Shown: positions 52,051-64,000 of the stretch, piece after piece
Layout: each line of letters begins with the position of its first letter
How positions within the stretch are numbered: the first letter of the stretch is position 1
DNA from: Antedon mediterranea
Lineage: Eukaryota; Animalia; Echinodermata
Direction: 5' to 3'
Assembly (NCBI RefSeq): GCF_964355755.1
Contig: NC_092672.1
Span: forward strand, 2,480,001 to 2,544,000
DNA length: 64,000 nucleotides
Program-made: the position numbers and the translations under genes
The notes under the pieces: model-generated
Told to the model about the DNA's origin: nothing
Databases searched by the model: none
Seen by the model: only the letters and a program-made list of their open reading frames with translations

Positions 52051-54450
52051 ATGCTTGATGAAGGCACTAATGCCGAAATTGGAGTACCGGTTCTGAAACC
52101 ATCGGGGCAACAAGGGACAGTACAACAACAGACTGAAACAAATTCATCCAAGGTAAGATTTAACAAACAAAAAATTGTATTTATTTGTCTCATCGTTCAT
52201 AATTGATTTGTAAATAATACATTTCTGTTGATTTAAAGCTGCCCTCCCGACTCTATCGTTATGCAGTTTGGCATGACATGCGAGAAAATGAAATCCAAGG
52301 CACGCAGTTGCACAACCCACGTGTACGGAAAGGTCCTGAGCAAAAAGAACAAGAATTCTACAAGACGGAAGATGAGCATGGGAGAAAACTTTATCATGGA
52401 ATGAAAGGAATGGCACGGAAAAATTATCAATCAAAAACAGAAGACTGGGAAAATGCAGTGGTATGTACAACAGGTTGTTTTTAAAAATCTAAAAAATGGG
52501 ATAATCCAGGGCAACTGTAGCGTGCATAAAATAATCCAGGGCAGCTGTAGCATTCAAATAGATTCCAGGGTAGCCGTTGCATGCATAAAATAATCCAGGG
52601 CAGCTGTAGCATCAATAAAATAATACAGGAAAGCTGTAGCATGCATAAAATAATACAGGGCAGCTGTAGCATGCAAAAAAGAATTCAGGGCAGCTTTAGC
52701 ATGCAAAAAAGAATCCAGGACACCTGTAGCATGCACAAAATAATAGAGGGCAGACATAGCATGCATAAAATAACCCAGAGCAGACGTAGCATGCATAAAA
52801 TAATCCAGGGCAGCCTTAGCATGCATAAAATAATACAGGGCAGCTGTAGCATGCATAAAATAATCCAGGGCAGCTGTAGCATGCAAAAAAGAATTCAGGG
52901 CAGCTTTAGCATGCCTAAAAGAATCCAGGACACCTGTAGCATGCACAAAAGAATCCAAGGCAACTGTAGCTTGCATAAAATAATACAGGGCAGCTTTAGC
53001 ATGCAAAAAAGAATTCAGGACACCTGTAGCATGCAAAAAAGAATCCAGGACACCTGTAGCATGCATACAAAAATCTAGGGCAGCTTTAGCATGCAAAGAA
53101 GAATGGATTATATATCCATTCTCCAAATTTCCTAATCAATTAAAAAAATATATCTTTTATTTTATAGTAGAAAAATATTGTGATGTGACGAGTAAAAGCT
53201 ACTGTATCTCATTAATGTCACCATGTTGGTCCAATTGTACATTCTAAATTTAAATTCACTTTATTTCAGAATGTAAACTTGTCCTTTCAAGATCTGGGAC
53301 ATCCATACCAACTGGAAACATTTAACAGGATTATGAAAAGATTGATAAGAGCCGAAAAGATAACGCTGATCCACAATAGTCTGCAAGATATGCACTCAAT
53401 TAACTTCCCTGTGTATGTATACCTGACCTTTGACATTAGAGCTTAAAATTGCCTTGTGATTTAGCATTGCCCTGTGTTAGTAAGCCTAGAAAATAATCCC
53501 TGTCCACACACATTTATATATTTTACTTTAATTTATATTTTGAAGTTTGACAAAAAAAGTGTGATGTACCCAAATATGGTAGTGATATGCTATGGTAGTG
53601 ATATGCTATGGTAGTGATACGACATCATCATGTCCATATATGGGCACATTACATTTTTTTGTCAAATACCGTTTGATAGTGTAGACAGAGTTTAATGCAG
53701 TTACTGCAGTAACCAGATTTGATTTACTGCAGTAATGTATGATTTCAGTTTGTTGCAATAGCGTTTTCTAGTTAGTAACTGCAGTAAATAGTGTGTAAGC
53801 TTAGAATACATCTCAATATTAACTCCTATTTTCACAGTTGTCAAGTGTTGAACCTCAGTGAGAATTACTTTCAAAGTTTCTCCAAATTTCCCAAGTGTCA
53901 CAAAGTGACGACCCTTCTTGTACCAGACAATTCCGTTGTGACCTTGGATGGCATTGGATCTATCGGAGGAAAAGAACTCAAGAGTCTTGACCTTAGAAGG
54001 AATCCATGCACATTTATTGACAATTACAGAAAAAGGTATTAACATTTAATAAACATTTATTTAACATTTATTTGATTTAAATTTTCTGGATTATTCCATA
54101 AAAAGAATCAATAAAACGAAGATGTGACAAAAAAAATATGCCCATATATGGACATGCTGATGTCATATCACTACCATATGTGGGCATATCACTACCATAT
54201 TTGGGCACACAAACTTTTTTTGTCAAACTAGTTTGATAGTGTAGACAGAGCTCAAGGGAACACATTGTGTTTACATGCCCTATTCTAACTTAGCATCTTT
54301 TTCAATGCTGATTGTGTTTATTTTATTGTTTCAAGGGTTTTTAAGAGCTTACCACACCTTGAAGAATTGGACGGTATACCAAGACTAGCTTCTGACCTGG
54401 AAGAGTTTGAAGAACTCGATACGCCCTCTAGAGGATGTATTGTCTCATGA
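52051..54450 (+). CDS. Small SDS22-like leucine-rich-repeat protein with LRRcap and C-terminal CaaX (CIVS); ~259 aa, 5 coding exons
   Basis: Exons 52051-52152, 52239-52460, 53270-53412, 53838-54035, 54336-54450 total 780 nt in frame. LRRs VLNLSENYF and SLDLRRNP, LRRcap YRKRVFKSLPHLEELDG, ends SRGCIVS*. Confidence 0.85.
52500..53097. repeat. 30-bp minisatellite (AGCATGCATAAAATAATCCAGGGCAGCTGT) x~20 in an LRR gene intron
   Basis: Directly visible. Confidence 0.95.
53545..54253. mobile_element. Two partial MITE family 1 copies (~53545-53692, ~54120-54253) in LRR gene introns
   Basis: GTTTGATAGTGTAGACAGAG end and internal family repeats. Confidence 0.7.
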
Positions 54451-55332
54451 TTCAATGGAGAAAACAAATTTGCCATTAGTAATAACTATAAATTATAACT
54501 AACTTGGATTTAACACCTTGCTTCTAATGTGTACATTTTTATTGTAGATAACTGACTTATTTATGGTATAAAAACTAAACTGTGCCGCAGAAACATTTGT
54601 TGAAAAAATGTCTGTTTATTTTTAAAATGAATGATTGCAATATAGAAAACTTGATTTTGTTAAAATGAATCAAATTACATTTAAGATATTTTTATGTATA
54701 TATTTTTAAAAAAGGTCAGTGCTAAGGATTCTGGTTTAATTGCAGAATGCACCTCCTGATAAAGCGCTGCGTTGTGGCTGTTGTTTGTTTTGTTTCCGGG
54801 TTTAATCCAAATTTCAACTGTTTGCATTTAAACAAAGACCCATGTGATGAATAGTACTGTATATCAGACATGGGTGGATCCACAAGGGTAGCGCTAGGGA
54901 TACAATGATTTTGGCAGCTAAAATAAGATCACTTTTGAGTTGAACTATTAAATAAAGATATTAGATTAGCTGAATATAAAGTCAATTTTCAAAAAAACAG
55001 AAAACAACTTTTTTAATAATGAAAGTTTAATTGGCAATTTAAATATTCTGAAAGAAATGAAAATAAATTAATCTTCAAAACACCACATAGAAAATAAAAA
55101 GTGATAAAAGGTTCTCTTATGATACACCCTATAGTTCATACGCTACCGATACAATTAAAATAGTGTTTCAAATTGTCCTTAGAAAAAACATATATGGAAT
55201 GTTAGAAGTGTTTTTATTAATTTTAAAAATACTCTCAAAATAAATACCATACCATGGTCTAATGGTAGTGCATCTGCATACTAAGCAAAAGGTGTAAGTT
55301 TAAGTCTTACTGTTGTGGACAGTTTAACTTGC

Positions 55333-58300
55333 TTAGAGGATCTTTAAAATCTTTTCTGCATATTCCTTCTCAAAGTTCATAAATTGTTTCCAATATTCAT
55401 CAAAGTGATGTTTTAACTCATCTGTATTATCTTCTATTTTAAGGAGCAAATTTTCCAAAAAATCTTTTCGTTCTTTATAAACTTGGTAATCTAAAAAAAA
55501 GAAAAATAGCAATTTTACATTCAGTATATAGATATAGATATGTACATATGTTTATAGTGGTTGTACAATTTAAAAAAAAAAGTATTTAGGAGGTATAAAG
55601 TACTTTAAGCAAGTCCATAATAAGTGTGCCATTATAAATGTTTTTTAGAGGGTGGGGTGGAGGGTGTCATTTAAGAAGTAAACAAACAAACAAATACAGT
55701 ACATGGTTTTTGCTTTATACATTTTGGTTTGAACCATATTTCCCGAAAAAAATACAATTTTTTCTGAGAAAATAAAATCAAACATCAGTACCTTCATCTT
55801 CTCCTAAATCGTCTTCCTCTTCATCACTAGTATATTGTACTATATTGTCAGTCGTTACTCCTCGAAATGAATACTCAGCCAGACGCCAGTCAACCATTCT
55901 TTGTTCATCGATATTTGCCAACAAACTGTTTACGTATGATGATTCAAATTCTGGTTTCTAAGCAACAATAATAACTTATTTTAGGAGTATATAAAAAAGA
56001 TGTTTTTTAGACACTTTTAAGAAATAGATAATATTTCATAAAATAAAGTTAATATAACTTCAGTAGAACCAATCATATTGAGGGGACACTTTCTGGTGAA
56101 ACAGACAAGGAAAAATATCTGTTGTACCACTGAACTGTTAAAGAGACCGGTATTAGAGGAACACTTTGGTTGTGTGGCAAAGGTATCCCCTCAGTAGTGT
56201 AACATATTGGGCAAACGCTCCTGTTTTAGCCAGCGAGTGATCATAGTTGTACGCCATGTGTTCCTTAATGACCATTCAGCTGTATAAATTTATGAATGAT
56301 TGAAGAAATATAGTTTCTCAAACCTCCTGCCATTTACTTGATTTAGCCCTTTGCCAAGTAATTTGTCTCAATCTGTCATTGTTAATGTGTTATTAGATAT
56401 AGAAAGTACAGTATATCACACTCTCACATCAGTGTCAGTAGCCTAACTTAGGGGTGAGGCCCTTGGTTTAGCACTCCTAAGTGGGTATCTACCGCCTGGT
56501 AGTTGCATTGGACTGAACATGTGATGGTCCTTAAGTTCTGGGGTCCCTGAGTTTACGCCACTGATATTATCTAATAATAATATTATAACTATAATCATGA
56601 TCTTATCTTACATCATGTTTCTTCAGTATGTTGAGTGCAGCTTGGTGTAACCCTAACTCATGGACTATAGTTTGGGAAAAAATCTTGTTCCTGGCAACGT
56701 TTTCATTAACGGACAACTTCACAGCAAATGATAACCTGAAATATAAAAAAGAGTGATATAGCAGGTCAGGGGTCACCAGTTTTTCTTGATGTCTGGTTAT
56801 TTATTTAATTAAGCATTGACTGTCAACCCTGTAGCCAGGGGGTTTCGAGGATTAGAACGGATCCAGCTTTTTCCTAAAATGCCCTTTCAAATTAGTAAAT
56901 ATGCCTAACTACAGTAGCCTAGCTTATGACGATTATGGCAAAATGACCCCCTCTTCTCCCCCACTCAATCTTAGCCACAAGCTTGATTGTACTGTATGTG
57001 TATTTTCAAAGGGTTAAAAATGCCAATTTGGTTCCTCACCTTGCTCCATTAAATGTAGGACTTGGCGGCCTTGCAGAATGCGGTATAATTCCTTCAAATA
57101 TTACGGCTCGACCATACTTTGGTAGAACAGCTGCATTGTTATGATAAAAAATTACAATAAAGGTCATGCAAAGGTCATGTAATAAAATAATACAGCATAT
57201 GGTTTTATTTCTTCTATATCATTATCATTACAATAACCTTATGGTTATTAAATATTATATTACCTCAACACTAAAAACATGTTGACTGGTATTTCCACCC
57301 ACCCCCTTGGGGACACTTATATGAAATGAACTTCAACAGAATGAAATCTTCAAAACTCTCCAAATACCGGACTCTCTGAAAACTGGAAAATCTCCCAAAA
57401 CTAGACTTTTCTTAAGGTCCAAAATGTCCTAGATTCTGTTTTACCATTATAAACACATTCCAAATACCAGACTTTCTGGAAAACCTGACATATTAGGCCA
57501 GAAAGGGTGTTTGGTATTGGGAGAGTTCTGTATAGAAATATACTGTATGTTTTAACATCCCCGTAACACCCCTGTCACATTTGTTAGTTCTTGAAGGTGT
57601 AATGTTAGGGTTCTACCTGTAAAGTAATAATTTTATGGAACTTAATTCAATTGAACTTACTGGTGATCAAATCCGAGTCATCATATTTCGTTTCAAAAAA
57701 TGCAGTTTCACCGTAGTAATCAGGGGACCAATCATGATTCAGATACAAAAGGAAGGTCCACTCTTCTTCGTCATCCTCGCAATCCTCGTGGATGCGGGTA
57801 CTGTCAGCGTTGCGTATGATGTTGCAAGAAATATCGTACGGAAACCAATCATCCTTGCCTGAAATTTTTATCAAATGAAATAAAAGTCCAATCTTACAGC
57901 GAGTTTGTTACCCAGGCGAACATTCTAAACATAGCAGCTCTATCAACCTCAATAGGCCTAGAGTACTTATTTTGACATCACATGGTGCAGTAACATTACC
58001 TGATGAAAATGAAGCCACCTGTTTTACGATGGGCCACAAACGGGTGCTCACAAATTCATCCACAGGAAACCCTGCGATCCAAACCACGTTATCACTCTCA
58101 AAATCAAAACTATCGTCATAGTAATAACTACCTAAATAAAACAATATGACAGACAGTTAAATAAATATTACTACACAGATTTTACACATAAACTGGATTT
58201 GTTTTCATTGTTTTAATATGTATTAAGGCTATTCACTATAACTTGCTGTAACAAAAGAATTTACCATAGTTTAACACATGATGTTTTATCTTTTCAAGAT

Positions 58301-61275
58301 CTCCACTCAAAAAAAGATCATCAAATACCAATATTTGCTTTCCATTGTATGACTGGTGTTTCTGGAAAAAAAAACAAACAAGTGTGAATTAAAAATTATA
58401 CAGATTAAAGGCATAAATACCTGGTTAAACCAATACAACACAAAACACAACTCAATACTTCCCAACTTATCCTATGAAATAATGGAACAGTCCAAAATCA
58501 AACTTTTAAAAACATGCTGCCCATCTTTATTAAAATACACCTTTCAGCATTTTAAACTAAATATAATATTATTAATTCTAAAATAACTTCTGTACCGTAA
58601 CAAAATGATTTCCAATATCTATTTTTGAATCACTCTTGGGCATATTTTGAAACAGTTCTTTTGTATTAATTTCCTTGGCTTCAGCCTCTGCCTCAAAACG
58701 TTCTTGCATTTCTTCTACCCTGGTGTTGTTGGTGCTGAACCTGGCCACTAAGAACACTTGTCCTGCTCTGAAGTTGACACTAGGAGGCCTAGACAGAAAA
58801 CCTGTGATTAAGAGGGATTGTTCTGTCATTGATATTAAACCGTACTCTCTAAAATAAGTAAATTTCTTTTGCTACAGTAAATCATGAATATTTATTTATT
58901 TATTTATTTATGAAGGAGTACCCACCTATAGAGCTGTCAAAAATTAACAAGCGGCCATGTTTAGGCTTGATGCTTGCTAGTGGCATGTCTTCTCCTTTCT
59001 CGTAGAATAGTGCATCTCCATAGTCGTTCTTTCTCCATATTTCATTCATGTATAACACAGCAGTGAACTCATTTCCAGCAATTTCACTACCAAAAACAAC
59101 TTTAATAGGGTCTTGCCTAGAAAAAGACAAATTAGAGAGTATTAGAAATTAAGTTTATTAATTGAAATAAGCAACTATGATGACATTTGGTTGATGCTTG
59201 TGAGAACGAAGAAAAGGAGGAGGAGGAAGAAGAGGAGGGAAAGGAAGAAGAGGAAGAAGAGGAGGAAGAGGAAGAAGAGGAGAATGAAATGGGGAGGAGG
59301 GAGAAGAGGAGGAAGAAGAAGAGAAAGAAAAGAAGAAGGAAGAGGCAGAAGAGGGGAGGGGGAGAAGAAGGAGGAGGAAGAGGAATAAAGAGGAGGAAGA
59401 GGAGGAGGAAGAAGAAGAGAAGGAGGCAGAAGAGGGGAGGGGGAGAAGAATAAAGAGGAGGAAGAGGAGGAGGAAGAAGAAGGGAAGGAGGAAGATGAGG
59501 AGGAGAAAGAAGAGGAGGAAGAGGAAGAAGAGGAGGAGAAAGAAGAGGAGGAAGAGGAAGAAGAGGAGGAAGAGGAGGAGGAAGAAGAAGAGAAGGAGGC
59601 AGAAGAGGGGAGGGGGAGAAGAATAAAGAGGAGGAAGAGGAGGAGGAAGAAGAAGGGAAGGAGGAAGATGAGGAGGAGAAAGAAGAGGAGGAAGAGGAAG
59701 AAGAGGAGGAGAAAGAAGAGGAGGAAGAGGAAGAAGAGGAGGAGGAAGAAGAAGGGAAGGAGGAAGATGAGGAGGAGGAAGAAGAGGAGGAGAAAGAAGA
59801 GGAGGAAGAAGAATAAAGAGGAGGAAGAGGAGGAGGAAGAAGAAGAGAAGTAGGCAGAAGAGGGGAGGGGAGAAGAATAAAGAGGAGGAAGAGGAGGAGG
59901 AAGAAGAAGGGAAGGAGGAAGATGAGGAGGAGAAAGAAGAGGAGGAAGAGGAAGAAGAGGAGGAGAAAGAAGAGGAGGAAGAGGAAGAAGAGGAGGAAGA
60001 GGAGAAGGAAGAAGAAGGGAAGGAGGAAGATGAGGAGGAGGAAGAAGAGGAGGAGAAAGAAGAAGAGGAAGAGGAATAAAGAGGAGGAAGAGAAGGAGGA
60101 AGAAGAAGAGAAGGAGGCAGAAGAGGGGAGGGGGAGAAGAATAAAGAGGAGGAAGAGGAGGAGGAGAAAGAAGAGGAGGAGAAAGAAGAGGAGGAAGAGG
60201 AATAAAGAGGAGGAAGAGGAGGAGGAAGAAGAAGGGAAGGAGGAAGATGAGGAGGAAGAGGAATAAAGAGGAGGAAGAGGAGGAGGAAGAAGGAGGCAGA
60301 AGAGGGGAGGGGGAGAAGAATAAAGAGGAGGAAGAGGAGGAGGAGAAAGAAGAGGAGGAGAAAGAAGAGGAGGAAGAGGAATAAAGAGGAGGAAGAGGAG
60401 GAGGAAGAAGAAGGGAAGGAGGAAGATGAGGAGGAGAAAGAAGAGGAGGAAGAGGAAGAAGAGGAGGAGAAAGAAGAGGAGGAAGAGGAAGAAGAGGAGG
60501 CGGTAATGATCATAATTAGTGTTTTAAACTCTGCATCTTCTGCAGACTGAATATCAGGACTCCTACCGTCTCACAATGTTGAGTTCAATTTCAGACAATT
60601 TGATTGCCGTGTTCTCACTGACTGATGCAGTAACTTGATGCAGTCTTCTTCCAAACTGTGTACTTGACATCATGCTTGGGTTTAATGACGCTGACCATGG
60701 TGGAAGACCGTGTTCATTTGAAGTCCTGTATCTGTTTGGATGATAAATAATAATGATCATAATTAGGATTAAAAGAGTTGCGGTTACAAACTTGATAGAT
60801 TTTGGTTTTACAAGCAGTGAAATTAGATGCACAACCCAGACCTATTTTCTGGGTTGTAGTCTTAGTTCTTATGCTAAAAGACACCATAGCCAAAACTAAG
60901 CTGTTTTTTTTTATCAAGAATTAATCTGAAATGATAAAAGCTTTCCTCTGTGATGAGCAATTATTTTATATACCGCCATTTAGCAGCAACTTGATGGTAT
61001 CCATCCAAGATTAACAAACTTGTTAAATTGAAAACATTATCAAAAACATAAAGTCCAGCTGTACTGGAATTGTTATTCTTTGTTTTATAAACTCTGGATG
61101 GTTTGGGAAGAGGAAACTTTTGAAATCCAGGAAGGTATCTGTTCGAGCTTTCGGTGTTCAATTTGGTGCATTCATGATTTTTCGCGTCACAAGCTTCGGA
61201 TGATTCCTGATGTCCGTCAATGGAAAGTAGGCGACTACTGAAGAAAATAAAGCACCACAGAATGTTTATCATCAT
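55333..61275 (-). CDS. Tandem two-domain 2OG-Fe(II) dioxygenase (prolyl-hydroxylase-like fold) with N-terminal signal peptide
   Basis: About 11 exons join in frame. Start MMINILWCFIFFSSRLLSIDG. Domain 2 has RIHEDC (HxD), WTFLLYLNHDW..GET.F and VLPKYGRAVIFEGIIPHSARPP..GARLSFAVKL (distal His, 2OG-binding Arg). Last exon ends YAEKILKIL* (stop 55333-55335). Confidence 0.85.
59205..60500. repeat. ~1.3-kb purine-rich (GAG/GAA/AAG) low-complexity tract in an intron of the dioxygenase gene
   Basis: Almost only A and G on the + strand, with recurrent higher-order blocks. Confidence 0.95.
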
Positions 61276-62250
61276 TTTGTCACTTTTCACTTCACGTCCT
61301 AAAAAAAGAATGAATGACAAACTTATATGTCACTATCTATTATTTATTAATGAAAATCAAAATGTACAGCAACATGCAACAAAAAAGTAACTGCCATGAT
61401 ATATATATAGAATTATTTTGAATTATTAATTATCATTATTAAAGGACAAACACAATCAGTCTTCTCTTTCAGAATATTGAATTGTACTATAAGTTAAAAT
61501 CATGGTCTGCCGTTGGGGTAGGTGAGAGAAAATCAAAAAATCGGTCTAGGCCTATACGTATAAGTTACCATCATCCTCCTGAACTGGATGAGTGTTTTGT
61601 TATACCTACCTTTTCATCTATACTATCACACACAGACAGTCCAACATAGTATTAGTATTAATTAAATAATATCTATTTATGCCTAGAGTAAACAATGAAA
61701 TAGTAGGCATTATTTTGTGTTATCTTTGGTACAATATGGTTTTATTATTGATAAACATTTTCAGCGATTACTGTAGTTTCCGGGACGATCTCTCTGACAC
61801 TATCACTTTTTTTTCTGTTTCATGTATTGGCGTTCTGCATGAATGACTTTTTTTAATGTTTTTGCCTTGGTGGTGTTTTTATTTTGTGAACGTTTAGAGG
61901 GAGTTTTACCGTTCCGTCGGCGGTAGACCAATGTATTTTAATTAAATTATTGCGCAAACAATATAATATGACACAACTGTACATTATACACGATATTAAC
62001 AATTTAATGTCTTTTGAATTACAATTATACGTACGTGCAGTACTAGCCTAGACCTATCGTTTTGTTATTAAAATACATGCAAATGAGCATGACATGCGGA
62101 AGTAAATGGTGACCTTTAACTTTTTCAGGTACGCCTTTTAAACACCGTGTACTTTTTGTGCTGTATCATTTGGGTTGCTGCTGCATGAGGAAACTGTTTG
62201 AAAGGGTTTTCTGCACCATTACCACAAATACCAATTTTGTATTATCTTAG

Positions 62251-62284
62251 AATTCCAACGAAACTCTACTACCATAATGGCAGA
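62251..62284 (+). CDS. Probable start-codon micro-exon (ATG GCA GA) of a gene continuing beyond the window
   Basis: Acceptor ttatcttag|, ATG at 62277 in ATAATGG context, donor |gtaagt. Upstream candidate donor cag|gtacgc at ~62128 and ETS-like GCGGAAGT at ~62096. Confidence 0.4.
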
Positions 62285-64000
62285 GTAAGTTTCTAGCTTT
62301 TTATATCATTTAGTTTGTGTAAGAAATAGTAGCCGGTGTTCCATTTGTTAGCAGCCAGGCAGGCAGGGAATTTTCAGGGCCGGCGGGAGGAGAGGGAACA
62401 GGTTTATGAGAGTAGGCTGGAACTAAGGATAGGCTAGGCCTACTGAATGCCAGCCTACACTTTAGTTAAGAAGCCGCGTATTCATGTCACACAAGGAGAG
62501 GAAGGAGCTGACTGAATTAAATTTGACCTACTGAAGTATTCATAAGAATATTAATATTGAATATGTTAATTGTTATTGTTTAACATCAATCAAGTACAAA
62601 ATAGTGTGTAATTATTTAATGTGAATTTCAATTTTTGTGGTAGCCAAATATCTTTCAAGTTTCTCTATGTCTATCACACTCCCCATCTTAAATCTTTCAG
62701 AAAAACAGTTGTAACGTACCTCAGAATGACAAAACTAATTTTCCATTTTAGAAGTCCTTTTTTATAAGAAACAAAGAAACAGCGAGCTAGGCCTATTCTG
62801 TTTGCGTCTTTCCCGTTACCTTTTATATTCAAAAAGCTTTTCAGCCAGGAAGCAATTGTAGTGCAACAATGCAGTTACAATACAATGATATAAGAATCGG
62901 CCATTGTATCCATAATCTGGCATCAGATTTGTTGTGAATGACTCTGCACTTGTATGTACACCAGGATATTATTGAGTTGGTTACAGTTATATTGATAACA
63001 CTTAGCAGATTTAAAATGTTTTTTTATTGAATAAATTCTGTATAGTCAATAGCCTGGGAGAGGGGAGGGGGGATGGTTGGTTGTTAGCCTGGGTACAAAA
63101 CTTTGCAAAAAATGAGTGGGTGGGGTATACTGTACAGGTATACTCGGTCATACAGTATGGTGGGTATGGAAAGTTTGTAATAATTCTGTTTCAGTTTCAA
63201 TGTCTAGAATCCCTATAAATTATTCCAAACATAAATATAGGCAACTTCTGTGAAGAAATTTATAACTAAAACTTTTTATTCAACAATATAGTAAAGTAAA
63301 GGCCTCGCAACACTTTCACCCATTCATTTCTGCTAGTCATACCACTACAAGGAAATGGTTTTTATTTTAATTCACTTCCTTCTACAAGTGGTAGCACAAA
63401 CCTATATTTTATTTACTTTTAATAATATTGTCTATATAATTTTGTTTGTTGAAAGAAAAATTGAAAAAGTCCTTGCACATTTATTATTAAACATAAGAAC
63501 GATATTGAATACACAAACGCTTGCATACACTGAACCAAATTCATTGTTTTAATCCGTCATATACTGTACATAATAAAACTTGTGCGGCTATTGCCAAAAT
63601 AAGGTATTAACTATTAATAGTAGGCCTACAGTACACACACCCTCATTTGATTTTGTAAAATAAACTCTGTCTGGAGAAAAACAGTTGTTTTTCCAAACCA
63701 CTGTCTAATAAAATAGCATACCATATTTAATTGAGTCGGAATATCCTATACGCACCAATGCTTAACATAATTATTATCTACAGTATACATTGTAGTACTG
63801 TATGCTACTATTATTATTGCTAAATGTCATGAATCCAGCATAGATTTTTAAATGGCTTTTGAAGTGGCAATTGAGAATTGATTAACAACGTTAATTCATT
63901 CAGCTGTATGGTGTTGCACTCAGTGAATTAGTTTAACTGTAGAGAAAAAGAAAATGAGAAAATCTTGTTTCAGCCACTCTACACTATTAAACTAGTTAGA

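Noticed and set aside
52554-53126. 190-aa and 165-aa repeat ORFs as genes
   Set aside because: Minisatellite within an intron; the flanking exons splice in frame without it.
58420-58531. Extra exon of the dioxygenase gene
   Set aside because: Contains an in-frame stop; exon ~58361-58265 joins the frame correctly instead.
59158-60513. 451-aa Ser/Leu/Pro ORF and the Arg/Lys/Glu ORFs on the other strand
   Set aside because: Translations of a low-complexity purine tract inside an intron.

Overview
AT-rich, intron-rich animal genomic DNA. Abundant TAGGCCTA motifs and the repeat types suggest a marine invertebrate such as an echinoderm (inference). Bases 1-21,000 have no recognisable host coding exons. 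They hold MITEs, LINE fragments, local tandem duplications and Penelope-type hammerhead-like motifs. Bases 21,877-45,663 hold two tandem paralogues (23 coding exons, about 1,015 aa) of an N-acylated DUF4062 + NACHT-like STAND NTPase + TPR gene (TEP1/NPHP3-like). The copies are near-identical in the N-terminal and NTPase exons but diverge in the C-terminal TPR exons. Copy A carries one in-frame TGA at codon 42. Next come a claudin/PMP22-family (TMEM47/PERP-like) gene (-), a small LRR gene ending in a CaaX box (+), and a secreted-type tandem 2OG-Fe(II) oxygenase gene whose first domain lacks the catalytic residues (-). A probable first coding micro-exon of another gene (+) lies near the end. Exon structures were assembled by hand from GT-AG sites and reading frames. 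No database searches were run.
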